Shown: in pieces, positions 55,332-64,000 of the stretch
Layout: the number at the start of each line of letters is the position of its first letter
Numbering within the stretch: the stretch's first letter is position 1
Assembly: GCA_037142615.1 (NCBI GenBank)
Contig: JBAXAI010000008.1
Span: 32,001-96,000, forward strand
Source: Spirochaetales bacterium
GTDB taxonomy: Bacteria; Spirochaetota; Spirochaetia; JABEVK01
Reading direction: 5' to 3'
Length of the DNA stretch: 64,000 nt
The notes under the pieces: generated by a model
Told to the model about the DNA's origin: nothing
Seen by the model: the letters and a program-made list of their open reading frames with translations, nothing else
The model's database searches: none
Program-made: the position numbers and the translations under genes

Positions 55332-56137
55332 GGAAGTGCCCCTCTCAGGCCTGGGGGGGAAACGGCCTTGAAGAGGTCCTCGATGCTGTTGAAGCCGTTG
55401 TTGATCACCGACCCAAACGCCTCGATCAGGAAAGGCATGGCCAGCATCATCACCACGAAACCGAAACCGATGCTGATCGGGAAGCCCATCATCATCAGGT
55501 TCATCTGGGGTGCCGCTTTGCCGATAAGGCCGAGGGCCAGCGTGAGCAACAACAAGATGCCAAAAATCGGAAGGCTGAGCAGGAAAGAACGCTGGAACAT
55601 CTCAGACAGGCCGTTGAGAAGTGTTGTGTTGACAAGTCCAGGCTGGGAAAGGAAATCGACCGCGCGAAGCGCCTTGAACGACTCCCAGACATTCACCAGG
55701 AACACCTGTTGGAAGCCCCCCGCTGAGATAAAAACCAGCATGGCCGAAAGGTTGAGGAACTGGCCCAGCACCGGCAATTCGATCTGCGCCAGCGGGTCGT
55801 ACACTTCCGAGGCATTGAAGCCCATCTGCTGGGCGATGAACGTGCCTGACATCTGAAAGGCCGAATACACGAGCACGAGGAAGAAGCCTTGAAGCAGACC
55901 CAGCAGCGCCTCGCCGATCAGAAGGCCCACGAAAGCCAGCCCGTTTTCGGGAATGGGATACCCGGACACTTGCATCCAGGGAAAAATCACCACCGACGTG
56001 AAGAACGCCAAACCGATGCGCACGGCGTCGGGCATGGCTTCGCTCGAAAACAACGGGGTCACTGCCAGCATGGCAAAAACCCGCACCAGAATGAGAAAGA
56101 AAAGATTCGCGTTCTGGGCAATGCTTTCGAGAAACAC
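55328..56137 (-). CDS. fliR: Flagellar export protein FliR
   Basis: Multi-TM; G......QMG, KAAPQMN....GFP motifs; GTG 56137 with GGAGG SD. Confidence 0.93.
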   Translation of the reverse strand: MFLESIAQNANLFFLILVRVFAMLAVTPLFSSEAMPDAVRIGLAFFTSVVIFPWMQVSGYPIPENGLAFVGLLIGEALLGLLQGFFLVLVYSAFQMSGTFIAQQMGFNASEVYDPLAQIELPVLGQFLNLSAMLVFISAGGFQQVFLVNVWESFKALRAVDFLSQPGLVNTTLLNGLSEMFQRSFLLSLPIFGILLLLTLALGLIGKAAPQMNLMMMGFPISIGFGFVVMMLAMPFLIEAFGSVINNGFNSIEDLFKAVSPPGLRGALP

Positions 56138-56150
56138 CCGACCTCCCGTT

Positions 56151-56420
56151 CTATTTGACCATGTTCGGAATCTGGTTGAAGATCCCGATGGTATAGGTTC
56201 GCAGCAGCGTGAACATCCAGGGCCCAAACACGACGAGGGCCCCGAAAATCGACAGGATCTTGGGAACAAACGACAACGTCTGGTCTTGAATTTGCGTCGT
56301 TGCCTGTAAAATCGAGATTATCAACCCAACGATGGTGCCCACGATCAGCACTGGCGCGACCAGCAGCAAGGTCTGGATGATGGCCCCGTTCATCAGCGAT
56401 ACGGCTTCTCCGACACTCAT
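56151..56420 (-). CDS. fliQ: Flagellar export protein FliQ
   Basis: QATTQIQDQTLSFVPK motif. Confidence 0.96.
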   Translation of the reverse strand: MSVGEAVSLMNGAIIQTLLLVAPVLIVGTIVGLIISILQATTQIQDQTLSFVPKILSIFGALVVFGPWMFTLLRTYTIGIFNQIPNMVK

Positions 56421-57211
56421 AGATTGAAACTCCTCACAAGGCCGGAAGTCAGCAGGGTCCAGCCGTCGATCATGACAAAGAGGATGAGCTTGAAAGGCAT
56501 CGAGATCATTACCGGTGGCAACATGATCATCCCCATCGCCATCAGCACCGAGGCCACCACCATGTCGATGATGATAAACGGAATGAAGATGAGGATGCCG
56601 ATTTTGAAGGCCACGGTCATTTCATGGAGAATGAACGCGGGAACCAGCACGTAGGTGGGCACATCGGCCAGGTTGTTGGGCTTGGGGAGCGAGGACAGCC
56701 GCATAAAAAGCTTGATGTCGTCGTGGTTGTTGCTCTGCATCTGCTTGTACATGAACAGCCTCAGCGGACTTTCTGCTTTTTGCAGGAACTCTGTGGTGTT
56801 CGCTTTTCCTTCTGAGTAAGGAACATACGCCTCGTTATAGATGCGCTGGAACACCGGCCACATGATGAACAACGTCATGAACAGGGCGATGCCGAGCATC
56901 ACCTGGTTGGGAGGCGCCTGCTGCAACCCCAGGGCACGCTTGACGAAGTCGAGCACGATGCTGATGCGCAGAAAGCTCGTCATCAGGATGAGCAACGACG
57001 GCGCGAGGCTGAGGACGGTGAGCAAGACAAGAAGCTGAACGGAAAGGGCCGTTTCCTGCTGGTTCTGGGCCGGTCGAAGCGCGATGTCGACAAACGGCAG
57101 ATTCAGGCCGTTGGTCGTTTGGACCACCCGCTGTTGCGCGGCCAGCTCAGGTACGGCGCCCCCCCCCAGGAGCAAGCCGACAGCCAGCACGACGAGTAAT
57201 TTCTTTTTCAT
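56417..57211 (-). CDS. fliP: Flagellar export protein FliP
   Basis: LTVLSLAP, PPNQV, PAF, DMVVASVLMAMGM.MLPP and PFKL motifs. Confidence 0.97.
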   Translation of the reverse strand: MKKKLLVVLAVGLLLGGGAVPELAAQQRVVQTTNGLNLPFVDIALRPAQNQQETALSVQLLVLLTVLSLAPSLLILMTSFLRISIVLDFVKRALGLQQAPPNQVMLGIALFMTLFIMWPVFQRIYNEAYVPYSEGKANTTEFLQKAESPLRLFMYKQMQSNNHDDIKLFMRLSSLPKPNNLADVPTYVLVPAFILHEMTVAFKIGILIFIPFIIIDMVVASVLMAMGMIMLPPVMISMPFKLILFVMIDGWTLLTSGLVRSFNL

Positions 57212-57295
57212 TCCCCCCCCAGGTATTGAAAAAAAAACTCACATCAATTGTTTCAATCGAAGTATGGTTCTCTGACGGGCATTGTAACCCGGAAA

Positions 57296-57955
57296 TTAGA
57301 GATTCTTCAACCGTTCCCTTTGCTTTTTGATGAAATCCGTCGAATTCTCGACCGGTTCGTCAATTTTCGGACGAATTTTCTCACGTTGACCCAACATTGT
57401 GCCGATAATGGCGGCGAAACTACCTTGCAGGGGGACAGCCTTCTTTTCGGAGGCGGCCAACCTCAACGCATCCACTGTCTCGGCGTCGGTGATTTGTTTC
57501 ACCAGATTGACGCTGCCCTCGGCGCTTCCGACCAGCAGGATCTCGTTGCCAACCTCGATGAGCAACAGCGCTCGGTTGCCTGCCAAAGTGTGATTATGCA
57601 GAACTTTAATGGGGCTTTCGACCAGGCTTCCCTGCCCCGAAATCTTGCGCAGGAACCAGACCACACCGAGGATCATGCCGATCACCAGAACCAAAAGGAA
57701 GACCATCTTGACGTAGTCCCAGATGGTGACGTCGCCGGAAGGCTGGGCGGTATTGGCGGCCGCCGCGGGGGTGCCCGTATTGGCGGCGGGATCAGCGGCA
57801 GTGGTGTCGCCGCCGGTGATGCCCAAGGCCTTTTCGTCCGGGGCAACCACGGTCGCGGCGGTCGCCGGTGCCGGGGTGGCAGCGGGCTTTGGCGTCTGGG
57901 CCACCAAGGTGGCCGACGCGAGCAGTAGCACAGCGAACAGGGTGCGGATTTTCAC
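57296..57955 (-). CDS. fliO: Flagellar biogenesis protein FliO (spirochete FliZ)
   Basis: Signal/TM segments, L.GNR.L.L.EVG...L.VG motif; directly upstream of fliP. Confidence 0.82.
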   Translation of the reverse strand: MKIRTLFAVLLLASATLVAQTPKPAATPAPATAATVVAPDEKALGITGGDTTAADPAANTGTPAAAANTAQPSGDVTIWDYVKMVFLLVLVIGMILGVVWFLRKISGQGSLVESPIKVLHNHTLAGNRALLLIEVGNEILLVGSAEGSVNLVKQITDAETVDALRLAASEKKAVPLQGSFAAIIGTMLGQREKIRPKIDEPVENSTDFIKKQRERLKNL

Positions 57956-58028
57956 GGCGGCCCTCCCACCTACAACCTACCAAATTATCAGGCGGCGGAA
58001 AAGAGCCGAGGCGGTGACTTTCTGAGCC

Positions 58029-61000
58029 CTACTCTTGCCAGGTAAGGGCGTCGCCCACCCCGGCCCGCCCCGGCTCGCCCGTGGTCGTCGTGCTGCCCGA
58101 AGCCGCCAGCCGGTTGGAGGCAGGCTCCGGGCCCAGGCCAACTTGCGACGCGAAACTTGCGATCCTGGTCGAGCCTGGGTTGGAAGAAGTCGCGCTGGAC
58201 AGCCACGCGGCAGCCTCTTCGCGCTTCTGGGATTTGAGGCTGAGCGCCGCCAGATTCAGGTACGCGGTAACGTAGGTAGGATCCTTCTGAACGACGGCTT
58301 TCAGCGTCGCGACCGCCAAGGCGTTCTCGAGGAACTTGGACTGCCACTGGGCCAGCCGGTTCATCGTCTTGGACCACGCGGAACCAGTCTGGGTCCTGGC
58401 CTCGGCTTCCAGCGCCTTCAAGATCGGGGTGAATTGACTGTCGCGAAGGTCGCGCGCGCCGCGGGCCTGAACTTCAGTCTGGGTAAGGCTGTCGGCCTGG
58501 GGCGCGGGAAGCGTAGAGGGCGGGAGCGGAAGCGCGGGGTACGTGGCCCGTTGGTCAGCGACAACCACCATCTCGAAGTCCCGGGTCAGCTGGTACTTCG
58601 CCACCAAGGCCGAGGCCGCCTTCCACGAGGCGGTGAACCCATTCTGCAGGTCGGTGGACTCCAGGGGAATCCAAAGCGTGCCATGTGCCTTGAGGACGGC
58701 CAGACCGGGGGGGAACATCCAGCCGTTAGCTTCGGGTTCCTGCGAGTCGAAGGCCAGGAACACGTGACCCGGTGTGGTCAGAATCGCGGTCCCCAGGCCG
58801 GAAGCTTCGAGCAGCGAAGCCAAGAGCGCCGTCGTGTCATCGCAGTCACCCCCCTGGTAGGCCAGCGTCATGCGGGGGAACCTCACGGTGTCGACCAGGC
58901 CCGGGTCGGCTGACACCAGGCTGAACGACGACCGCGGATCCGGTACGTACCGTAGTGGCAACGCTCCCAACGCGGCGCATACTGCCGAAGCCCGGGCCAC
59001 CGCGCCCGAAAAAACCGGCTCACCGTCGGCGATGCGCAGCATCCGGAACGCTGCCTTGGCCACAGTGTCCTCATTGGGCGTCACAAAACTCGCCAACTTG
59101 GCGGTGTCGCTCCACGTGAGCGCGGTGCGTCGGTACAAGGTCAGAGGGCGCAGAAACTGGAACGATCGGGGCCCCTGCGAATCGGCGAACCTAACCGTGA
59201 TCTGCACCTGCAGCGGCAAGTCCTCTTCGACGTTGAGGACCTGGTCGTTGAGCAGCACCTGGAGAGGCAAAGTAGCCTCGTGGCCCGGCTCCAACGTAGC
59301 GGTGGTGGCCCCGGCCGAGGGAAAGTCCATGAAGTGCGGCAGGTAGACCTCGACGCGCAAGTCTTTCAGGGCCTCGCCAAGGGTATTCTGAAGCACAAGC
59401 GTACCGGCGCGGCGGGTCCGGTAGGCCTGCAGCAGCGACGGGAACAAGGCTGCCAGGTCAAACTGGCGGACCTCAGGCAACGGAGCTTCGGTCGCGGGAC
59501 GGTCGTCAGCCTTGCCCCAATCGGTGCGCAGGGACAAGATTCGGCGGGTCACCTCCTGGTCCTGCGGGGCCAGCGAGCGCAACCGCTCCAGCACTTTCAT
59601 GGCCCGGCTGTAGGCCTCCCGGGCCGACTCAGGGCCGAGGCGCGCCAACAGGTCGCGAGTGGACTTTTCGGCGGCGGCGGCCCGAGTCTTGAGAAGTGAG
59701 GTTTGCAGGCTTGCCTTGCGGTCGCTCGCGGAAGCATCCATCGGACGCAGTTCCAGGTACCGGTCCAGCACCACCCGCTCGGCTTCGTCAGCCCCCTGGG
59801 AACGGTAGGCTTCGGCCAGGGCCTTGTGCGTTTCGGGCTTGCTCGGCTGCGCCAGAGTCTTTTGGTAGGCGCTGGCAATGGTTGCCAAGTCTACCGGGAG
59901 CTTGGAAGGGTCTTCGGAAAAGCGCAGGATGCGGTGCCCTGCGTAGTCGTTGACAAAATACACTCCGTCGGAGCCTCGCACCACATCGGTCAACGTTGAG
60001 AAGGTCAGCGTCAGGCCCTCAGACTTGCCGTTCCACAGCCATAGCAAGTTTCCCCGGGCGTCAAAGTGGCGGAGGTCTTGCAGGGTCACAGCCAGGTAAG
60101 AACCATCGGGGAGCAGCGTCATCTTGTAGAGCGCCTGACCGGCGTCCAGTTCCGGGTAGATGATGTCGCGCACATCCCCTTCGGGCGAAACGATGCGGAT
60201 GGAGCCCTTGCTCTGATCGAACAGACACAGGCTGTTGTCCGGGCCCGGACAAGCCGCAGAGTAATAAGCGTCGGGTGGCAGCGGAAGGTCCACCGGACCA
60301 CCAGGACGAAAGAGGCGGGCGGACTTCGGCTGGAGCGAGATGGCGAAAGGAACGCCCTCGCCCAGAAGACCGAAAAGCGATCCCGGAGACAGGTCGACCC
60401 TTAGCTTCTGAAAGCTGAAGGAACCTTCGACGAAAGACCATAGCCCGGTACCATCGGAAGAGCGTACGTAGAGGGTTCCCGCCGGAGTGACGGCCAGGCC
60501 GAACGCGAAGTTCACCTGCCCTTCCTCGGTCAACGCCTGAGCCGGTAGACCGACGACCTGCCACCGCTGATCGAGTTCGAGAACCGTGTTGATGCAGGCC
60601 ACCAGCAGGTGACCGCTACGGCTCTGCGCCAGACCATACGGCGACAAGTACGAGGTTCCGAGGGGAAGATCCAGTCCCTGCAGGTCCTGCAAAGAAAACT
60701 GGTCGATCAACCGCGGCGTCACCCCCGAAACCTTCGCCTGAGCGGGCCGAAGGAGCGCCTCGAGGGCACGCGCAAGCTCCAGCGGCAGCGAGGGAGTGAC
60801 CGAGGCAAACTGCAGGTATTTCGTGCGCGGGTTCGGGGACTGGTCCCCTTCCAGCTTCAGGATGAGAGTGAAAGAACCTGCCGTGCCAACCAGCATCGAA
60901 GTCACTTTGACGCCCGACTCCGTGGCCATCAGGGGCATATCATCCTGGAGGCGATCGAGTGCCCGCGCCCAAACGGTCGCCATGGCCTTGGCGGTGGCCG

Positions 61001-61121
61001 CGTCGACAAGGTTCCAGGTCGGTGGTGGAGCCAACTCGGCCGCATCGACGGTTTGCGCTGAAGTGGCGGCAACCAAGCCCAAGGGGAGCAGCAGCAGTCC
61101 GAACAGCGCAAGACCTTTCAT
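58029..61121 (-). CDS. Large exported protein: NHL-like propeller, TPR and transglutaminase-like domains
   Basis: ATG 61121 with GGAGG SD; signal peptide; P.GLA repeats; GGDCDD...PGHVF...WIPLEST; C-terminal TPR. Confidence 0.72.
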   Translation of the reverse strand: MKGLALFGLLLLPLGLVAATSAQTVDAAELAPPPTWNLVDAATAKAMATVWARALDRLQDDMPLMATESGVKVTSMLVGTAGSFTLILKLEGDQSPNPRTKYLQFASVTPSLPLELARALEALLRPAQAKVSGVTPRLIDQFSLQDLQGLDLPLGTSYLSPYGLAQSRSGHLLVACINTVLELDQRWQVVGLPAQALTEEGQVNFAFGLAVTPAGTLYVRSSDGTGLWSFVEGSFSFQKLRVDLSPGSLFGLLGEGVPFAISLQPKSARLFRPGGPVDLPLPPDAYYSAACPGPDNSLCLFDQSKGSIRIVSPEGDVRDIIYPELDAGQALYKMTLLPDGSYLAVTLQDLRHFDARGNLLWLWNGKSEGLTLTFSTLTDVVRGSDGVYFVNDYAGHRILRFSEDPSKLPVDLATIASAYQKTLAQPSKPETHKALAEAYRSQGADEAERVVLDRYLELRPMDASASDRKASLQTSLLKTRAAAAEKSTRDLLARLGPESAREAYSRAMKVLERLRSLAPQDQEVTRRILSLRTDWGKADDRPATEAPLPEVRQFDLAALFPSLLQAYRTRRAGTLVLQNTLGEALKDLRVEVYLPHFMDFPSAGATTATLEPGHEATLPLQVLLNDQVLNVEEDLPLQVQITVRFADSQGPRSFQFLRPLTLYRRTALTWSDTAKLASFVTPNEDTVAKAAFRMLRIADGEPVFSGAVARASAVCAALGALPLRYVPDPRSSFSLVSADPGLVDTVRFPRMTLAYQGGDCDDTTALLASLLEASGLGTAILTTPGHVFLAFDSQEPEANGWMFPPGLAVLKAHGTLWIPLESTDLQNGFTASWKAASALVAKYQLTRDFEMVVVADQRATYPALPLPPSTLPAPQADSLTQTEVQARGARDLRDSQFTPILKALEAEARTQTGSAWSKTMNRLAQWQSKFLENALAVATLKAVVQKDPTYVTAYLNLAALSLKSQKREEAAAWLSSATSSNPGSTRIASFASQVGLGPEPASNRLAASGSTTTTGEPGRAGVGDALTWQE

Positions 61122-62065
61122 TTCGCCTCCCAGGTTCTCGGGCGGGTGAACACCAGCACCTGGTTGCGCATTTCGCGCGGTAGGATACCCCGGGCCAGGT
61201 CGGGCCGTTCGGTGCGGACAAAGCCTTCCGGGTTCGCGTACAGTTCGGGGTCGCCGGTAGCACCAGGGACCAGACTCCCCAGCACGATGTACACCTGCGT
61301 CGAGGCCCGGGCAAGGATGGCTTTTTCCCAAGAGTTGCCCGGGTCGGGCCAGCAACTGATGACCACCGGTGGGGCGTACTTTTCCAGGGCTGCCTGCGCG
61401 TCGAGCGATTCCACTTCGGAAGGATAGTCGATCACCGACGACCAACTATGGTTGTCGGTAGCGTGAACGGAGCATCCAGCCTGGGTCAGCAAACGGCTCA
61501 AGGTACCGTCGCCTGCCCCCACTTCCACGCACGGCAAGCCGGCGATCAACCGCCGCAATCCTGTGATCAGCGACCGACCGTAGAAGCAGTAGAGGCCCTT
61601 CTTGTTCACCAGAGGCATCAGGAAGGCTTTCTGGGTGACCAGTGGCCACACCAGCGTGTGGTGCCAGCCGCTGACGGCCTTTCGCCGAAACCCGGGGCCC
61701 TCAAACAGGAGGTTTTGCAACAGGAAGGCGTTCCACCGGTTGAAGCGGACTGCGCCCGTGGTTTTTGTCTGGGCGGCCAAGGTGTAGTTCTTCAAGGCCA
61801 GCGTCATCATGCGCGAGCGTAGAAGCACCGGAAAAAACACCGCCAGAACCTGCGGGTTGTACCCGCTCTTGACGATGCGCTCGAGCGCGGCCCGTGAATC
61901 CTTGGCGGCTTGAACCACCGCCGGAACACCACCGGAGGCTAACAGCAAGCGCAGTTCGCGGTCGCTGCGTTCCCAGTCGCCGGGGTAGCCCGCGATGAGG
62001 GCCTTCAGGGTCGACTGACCCTTCAGAAACTCATCGAGAGCCGCCCGGCTGTAGTCGGGGCTCAG
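61118..62065 (-). CDS. Class I SAM-dependent methyltransferase-like protein
   Basis: VEVGAGDG motif I, ATD, and ISCWP motifs. Frame is open to 62065 (CTG overlapping the fliY stop); the ORF track start is 61948. Confidence 0.7.
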   Translation of the reverse strand: MSPDYSRAALDEFLKGQSTLKALIAGYPGDWERSDRELRLLLASGGVPAVVQAAKDSRAALERIVKSGYNPQVLAVFFPVLLRSRMMTLALKNYTLAAQTKTTGAVRFNRWNAFLLQNLLFEGPGFRRKAVSGWHHTLVWPLVTQKAFLMPLVNKKGLYCFYGRSLITGLRRLIAGLPCVEVGAGDGTLSRLLTQAGCSVHATDNHSWSSVIDYPSEVESLDAQAALEKYAPPVVISCWPDPGNSWEKAILARASTQVYIVLGSLVPGATGDPELYANPEGFVRTERPDLARGILPREMRNQVLVFTRPRTWEAK

Positions 62066-63270
62066 TTTTCGAGGGCCTTGTCGGGATTACTGACGATTTC
62101 GGTGACGCGCACGCCGAAGTTTTCATCGATGACCACGACTTCACCCTTGGCGATCAACTTGTGGTTGACCAGGATGTCGACCGCTTCGCCGGCGAGTTTG
62201 TCGAGCGCGATGATGGTGCCTTCGCCCATCGACAGGATCTCTTTGATCTGCTTCTTGGCGCGGCCGAGCTCGACCGTCACTTCCATGGTGACGTCCATCA
62301 GCAGGCCAATATTTCCTTGCTCTCCCGAGGAATAGCCGGCATTCAGGTTGGGCAGTTGTACCCCCTGGACGTTGGGGTACATGCCGGGTGGCGGCGCGTA
62401 GCCCTGCGGCGGGTAACCGGGGGGAGGATAGCCACCCTGTTGCGGATACCCTTGCGGCGGGTAGCCGCCCTGCTGAGGGTAACCCTGCTGAGGGGGGTAA
62501 CCACCCTGCTGGGGAAAGCCCTGCTGAGGGTAGCCTTGCTGGGGCGGGTAGCCACCCTGTTGAGGCTGGCCAAAGTTTTGCATGGGCATTCCCGCGTTGC
62601 CCTGCTGGGCGCCGCCACCCTGCGCGGGCGAGCCGCCGCCGGGGGTAGTCAGCGTGCGCAAGAAGTTCGCATCAAAGGCTTCGATGATCTTGTACGAATC
62701 GGTGTCGGCCATCATCGTCCACGTCGCTGTGATGATCTGGTCGGTACTCGGCTGGATCATGGCCTTGACGGTTTTTTGGCCCTGCACCGGACCAGGAGAA
62801 AACTCCTGACTGGCTTTGCGGCTCAACGAGGTGACGAGCGAGCCCGACAGCATCGAGGCAAGTTCCTCGAGGGCGCCAATGCCGGTTTCGTTGAGTTCGA
62901 CCTCGGCTTGCCCCATGATGGCGCCTGCCATCTGCGCGGCGTCTTCGGGGTCGATGTAAAACGCATGGTCGGCACTCAGGTCGCCCACGAAGTCGGCACG
63001 GAGTTCCACCACTTCCTGGCTGAGGTTGTCCAGAAGGCCGTCTTTGTCGACCAGTTCGAAGGTTGGCGGGTTGAGGGTGATCTTCTTGCCGGTGATCATG
63101 CCGCCGATGGAGTTCGTCAGCCCAGGGACGGCATCCTTGAACAGGGCCTTGAGCGCGGATTCTTCGGCAGCCGCGAGCGACTTCTTGGAGGACTTGGACG
63201 AACCGCCGCCTCCTCCACCACCCATGAGCAGCGCGTCGATTTCGTCCTGGGACAGGGTCAGGTCACTCAT
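62062..63270 (-). CDS. fliY: Flagellar motor switch protein FliY/FliN
   Basis: [10 protein letters not shown], CheC-like middle domain, and SpoA C-terminus (LLMDV...VTVELGR...[17 protein letters not shown]). Confidence 0.93.
   Translation of the reverse strand: MSDLTLSQDEIDALLMGGGGGGGSSKSSKKSLAAAEESALKALFKDAVPGLTNSIGGMITGKKITLNPPTFELVDKDGLLDNLSQEVVELRADFVGDLSADHAFYIDPEDAAQMAGAIMGQAEVELNETGIGALEELASMLSGSLVTSLSRKASQEFSPGPVQGQKTVKAMIQPSTDQIITATWTMMADTDSYKIIEAFDANFLRTLTTPGGGSPAQGGGAQQGNAGMPMQNFGQPQQGGYPPQQGYPQQGFPQQGGYPPQQGYPQQGGYPPQGYPQQGGYPPPGYPPQGYAPPPGMYPNVQGVQLPNLNAGYSSGEQGNIGLLMDVTMEVTVELGRAKKQIKEILSMGEGTIIALDKLAGEAVDILVNHKLIAKGEVVVIDENFGVRVTEIVSNPDKALEN
62374..62562 (-). repeat. Coding tandem repeat (Q)QG(G)YP(P) in the FliY linker
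   Basis: About ten imperfect G[YF]P-type units over ~63 codons. Confidence 0.85.
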
Positions 63271-63273
63271 GGT

Positions 63274-64000
63274 TCAATCCTCTCCTTCATCGGTCAGTTC
63301 CTCAAAATCCATCTGCTGAAGATCCTCGAGCACCTTGGTGATCTGGACGGCCACACGGTTGCCCATGAGGCCAGGGCGGCAATGGAACTTTTTGCGGTTG
63401 CCGATGGTGAAAACCAGCGGGTCTTCGATGTTTGTATTCGAAAGCCTGATGATGTCGCCGGGCTTGAGGCTCGCGACATCGCGCATCGGCAGGTTGATCT
63501 TGCCGATTTCGGCGACCATGTTGACGGTAATGCCCGCCAAACGGTCGCGGATGGTGTTGAGGTTTTCGGTGGTGCCGCCGCGGCGCACCGACGAATACCA
63601 GTACTGCGCGCTCAGCTTGCTGATGATGGGTTCGATGGTCAGGTACGGGATACAGAAGTTCATCATGCCTTCGACATCGCCGAGCTTGGTTTCGAGGGTA
63701 ACGAGCACCACCATTTCGGTGGGGGGAACGATCTGGGCGAACTGCGGATTCACCTCGATCTGGCCCAAGCGCGGCCGCAGGTCGATGACCGACGCCCAGG
63801 CTTCGCGCATGTTGCCCAAAATGCGCACGATGATGCCTTCCATGACCGACATTTCGATTTCAGTGAGGTCGCGGGTGACCTTGACGCCCTCGCCGGGGCC
63901 ACCAAACAGGCGGTCGATGATGCTGAACGTGACCGCAGGGTCGATCTCGAGGATGGCCGACCCCTTGAGCGGGTCCATGTTGATGACGGCCAGCGTCGTC
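63274..64000 (-). CDS. fliM: Flagellar motor switch protein FliM, 5'-truncated at window edge
   Basis: MDPLKG, IDRLFGG, R.LT.IE, E.NPQFAQIVPP and N.CIPY..IEP motifs. Confidence 0.95.
   Translation of the reverse strand, partial: TTLAVINMDPLKGSAILEIDPAVTFSIIDRLFGGPGEGVKVTRDLTEIEMSVMEGIIVRILGNMREAWASVIDLRPRLGQIEVNPQFAQIVPPTEMVVLVTLETKLGDVEGMMNFCIPYLTIEPIISKLSAQYWYSSVRRGGTTENLNTIRDRLAGITVNMVAEIGKINLPMRDVASLKPGDIIRLSNTNIEDPLVFTIGNRKKFHCRPGLMGNRVAVQITKVLEDLQQMDFEELTDEGED

Noticed and set aside
61122-61445. N-terminal extension of the 1138-aa ORF
   Set aside because: It overlaps the methyltransferase; the real start is the ATG at 61121 with an SD and signal peptide
1-64000. CRISPR arrays, tRNA/rRNA genes, IS elements or prophage
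   Set aside because: No spaced direct repeats, cloverleafs, transposase, integrase or phage genes were recognised by eye

Overview
GC-rich, gene-dense bacterial DNA, most likely from a free-living spirochete (Spirochaetia). The taxon is inferred from the Treponema/Spirochaeta-type fliM-fliY-fliO(Z)-fliP-fliQ-fliR-flhB-flhA-flhF-flhG-x-whiG-DUF342 cluster and the pairing of a long-clade PPi-PFK with a group-X ATP-PFK. Contents in order: partial amtB; housekeeping hydrolases; ABC-F; RNase II; rex; a tightly coupled CoA-biosynthesis operon of archaeal type (pantoate kinase, phosphopantothenate synthetase, panB, MfnA-like PLP decarboxylase, archaeal-like coaBC); a diguanylate cyclase; pfp; an orphan structured small-RNA candidate; a starch/glycogen locus (GH13 lipoprotein facing two tandem 'CBM48-beta-barrel + lipoprotein' pairs, with LacI-like operators); a vapBC-type TA pair; an atypical class III cyclase; a TetR-MacB/Lol-like export operon; cimA; pfk; glgX; and a flagellar operon interrupted by a methyltransferase and a secreted TPR/transglutaminase-like gene. 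The top candidates for undescribed biology are the archaeal PoK/PPS CoA pathway in a bacterium, the Sus-like but apparently TonB-independent starch-uptake module, the bistable sRNA, and the flagellar-operon insert. Leaderless promoters appear widespread. No tRNA, rRNA, CRISPR or IS was seen. All family calls come from motif recognition by eye; no searches were run.
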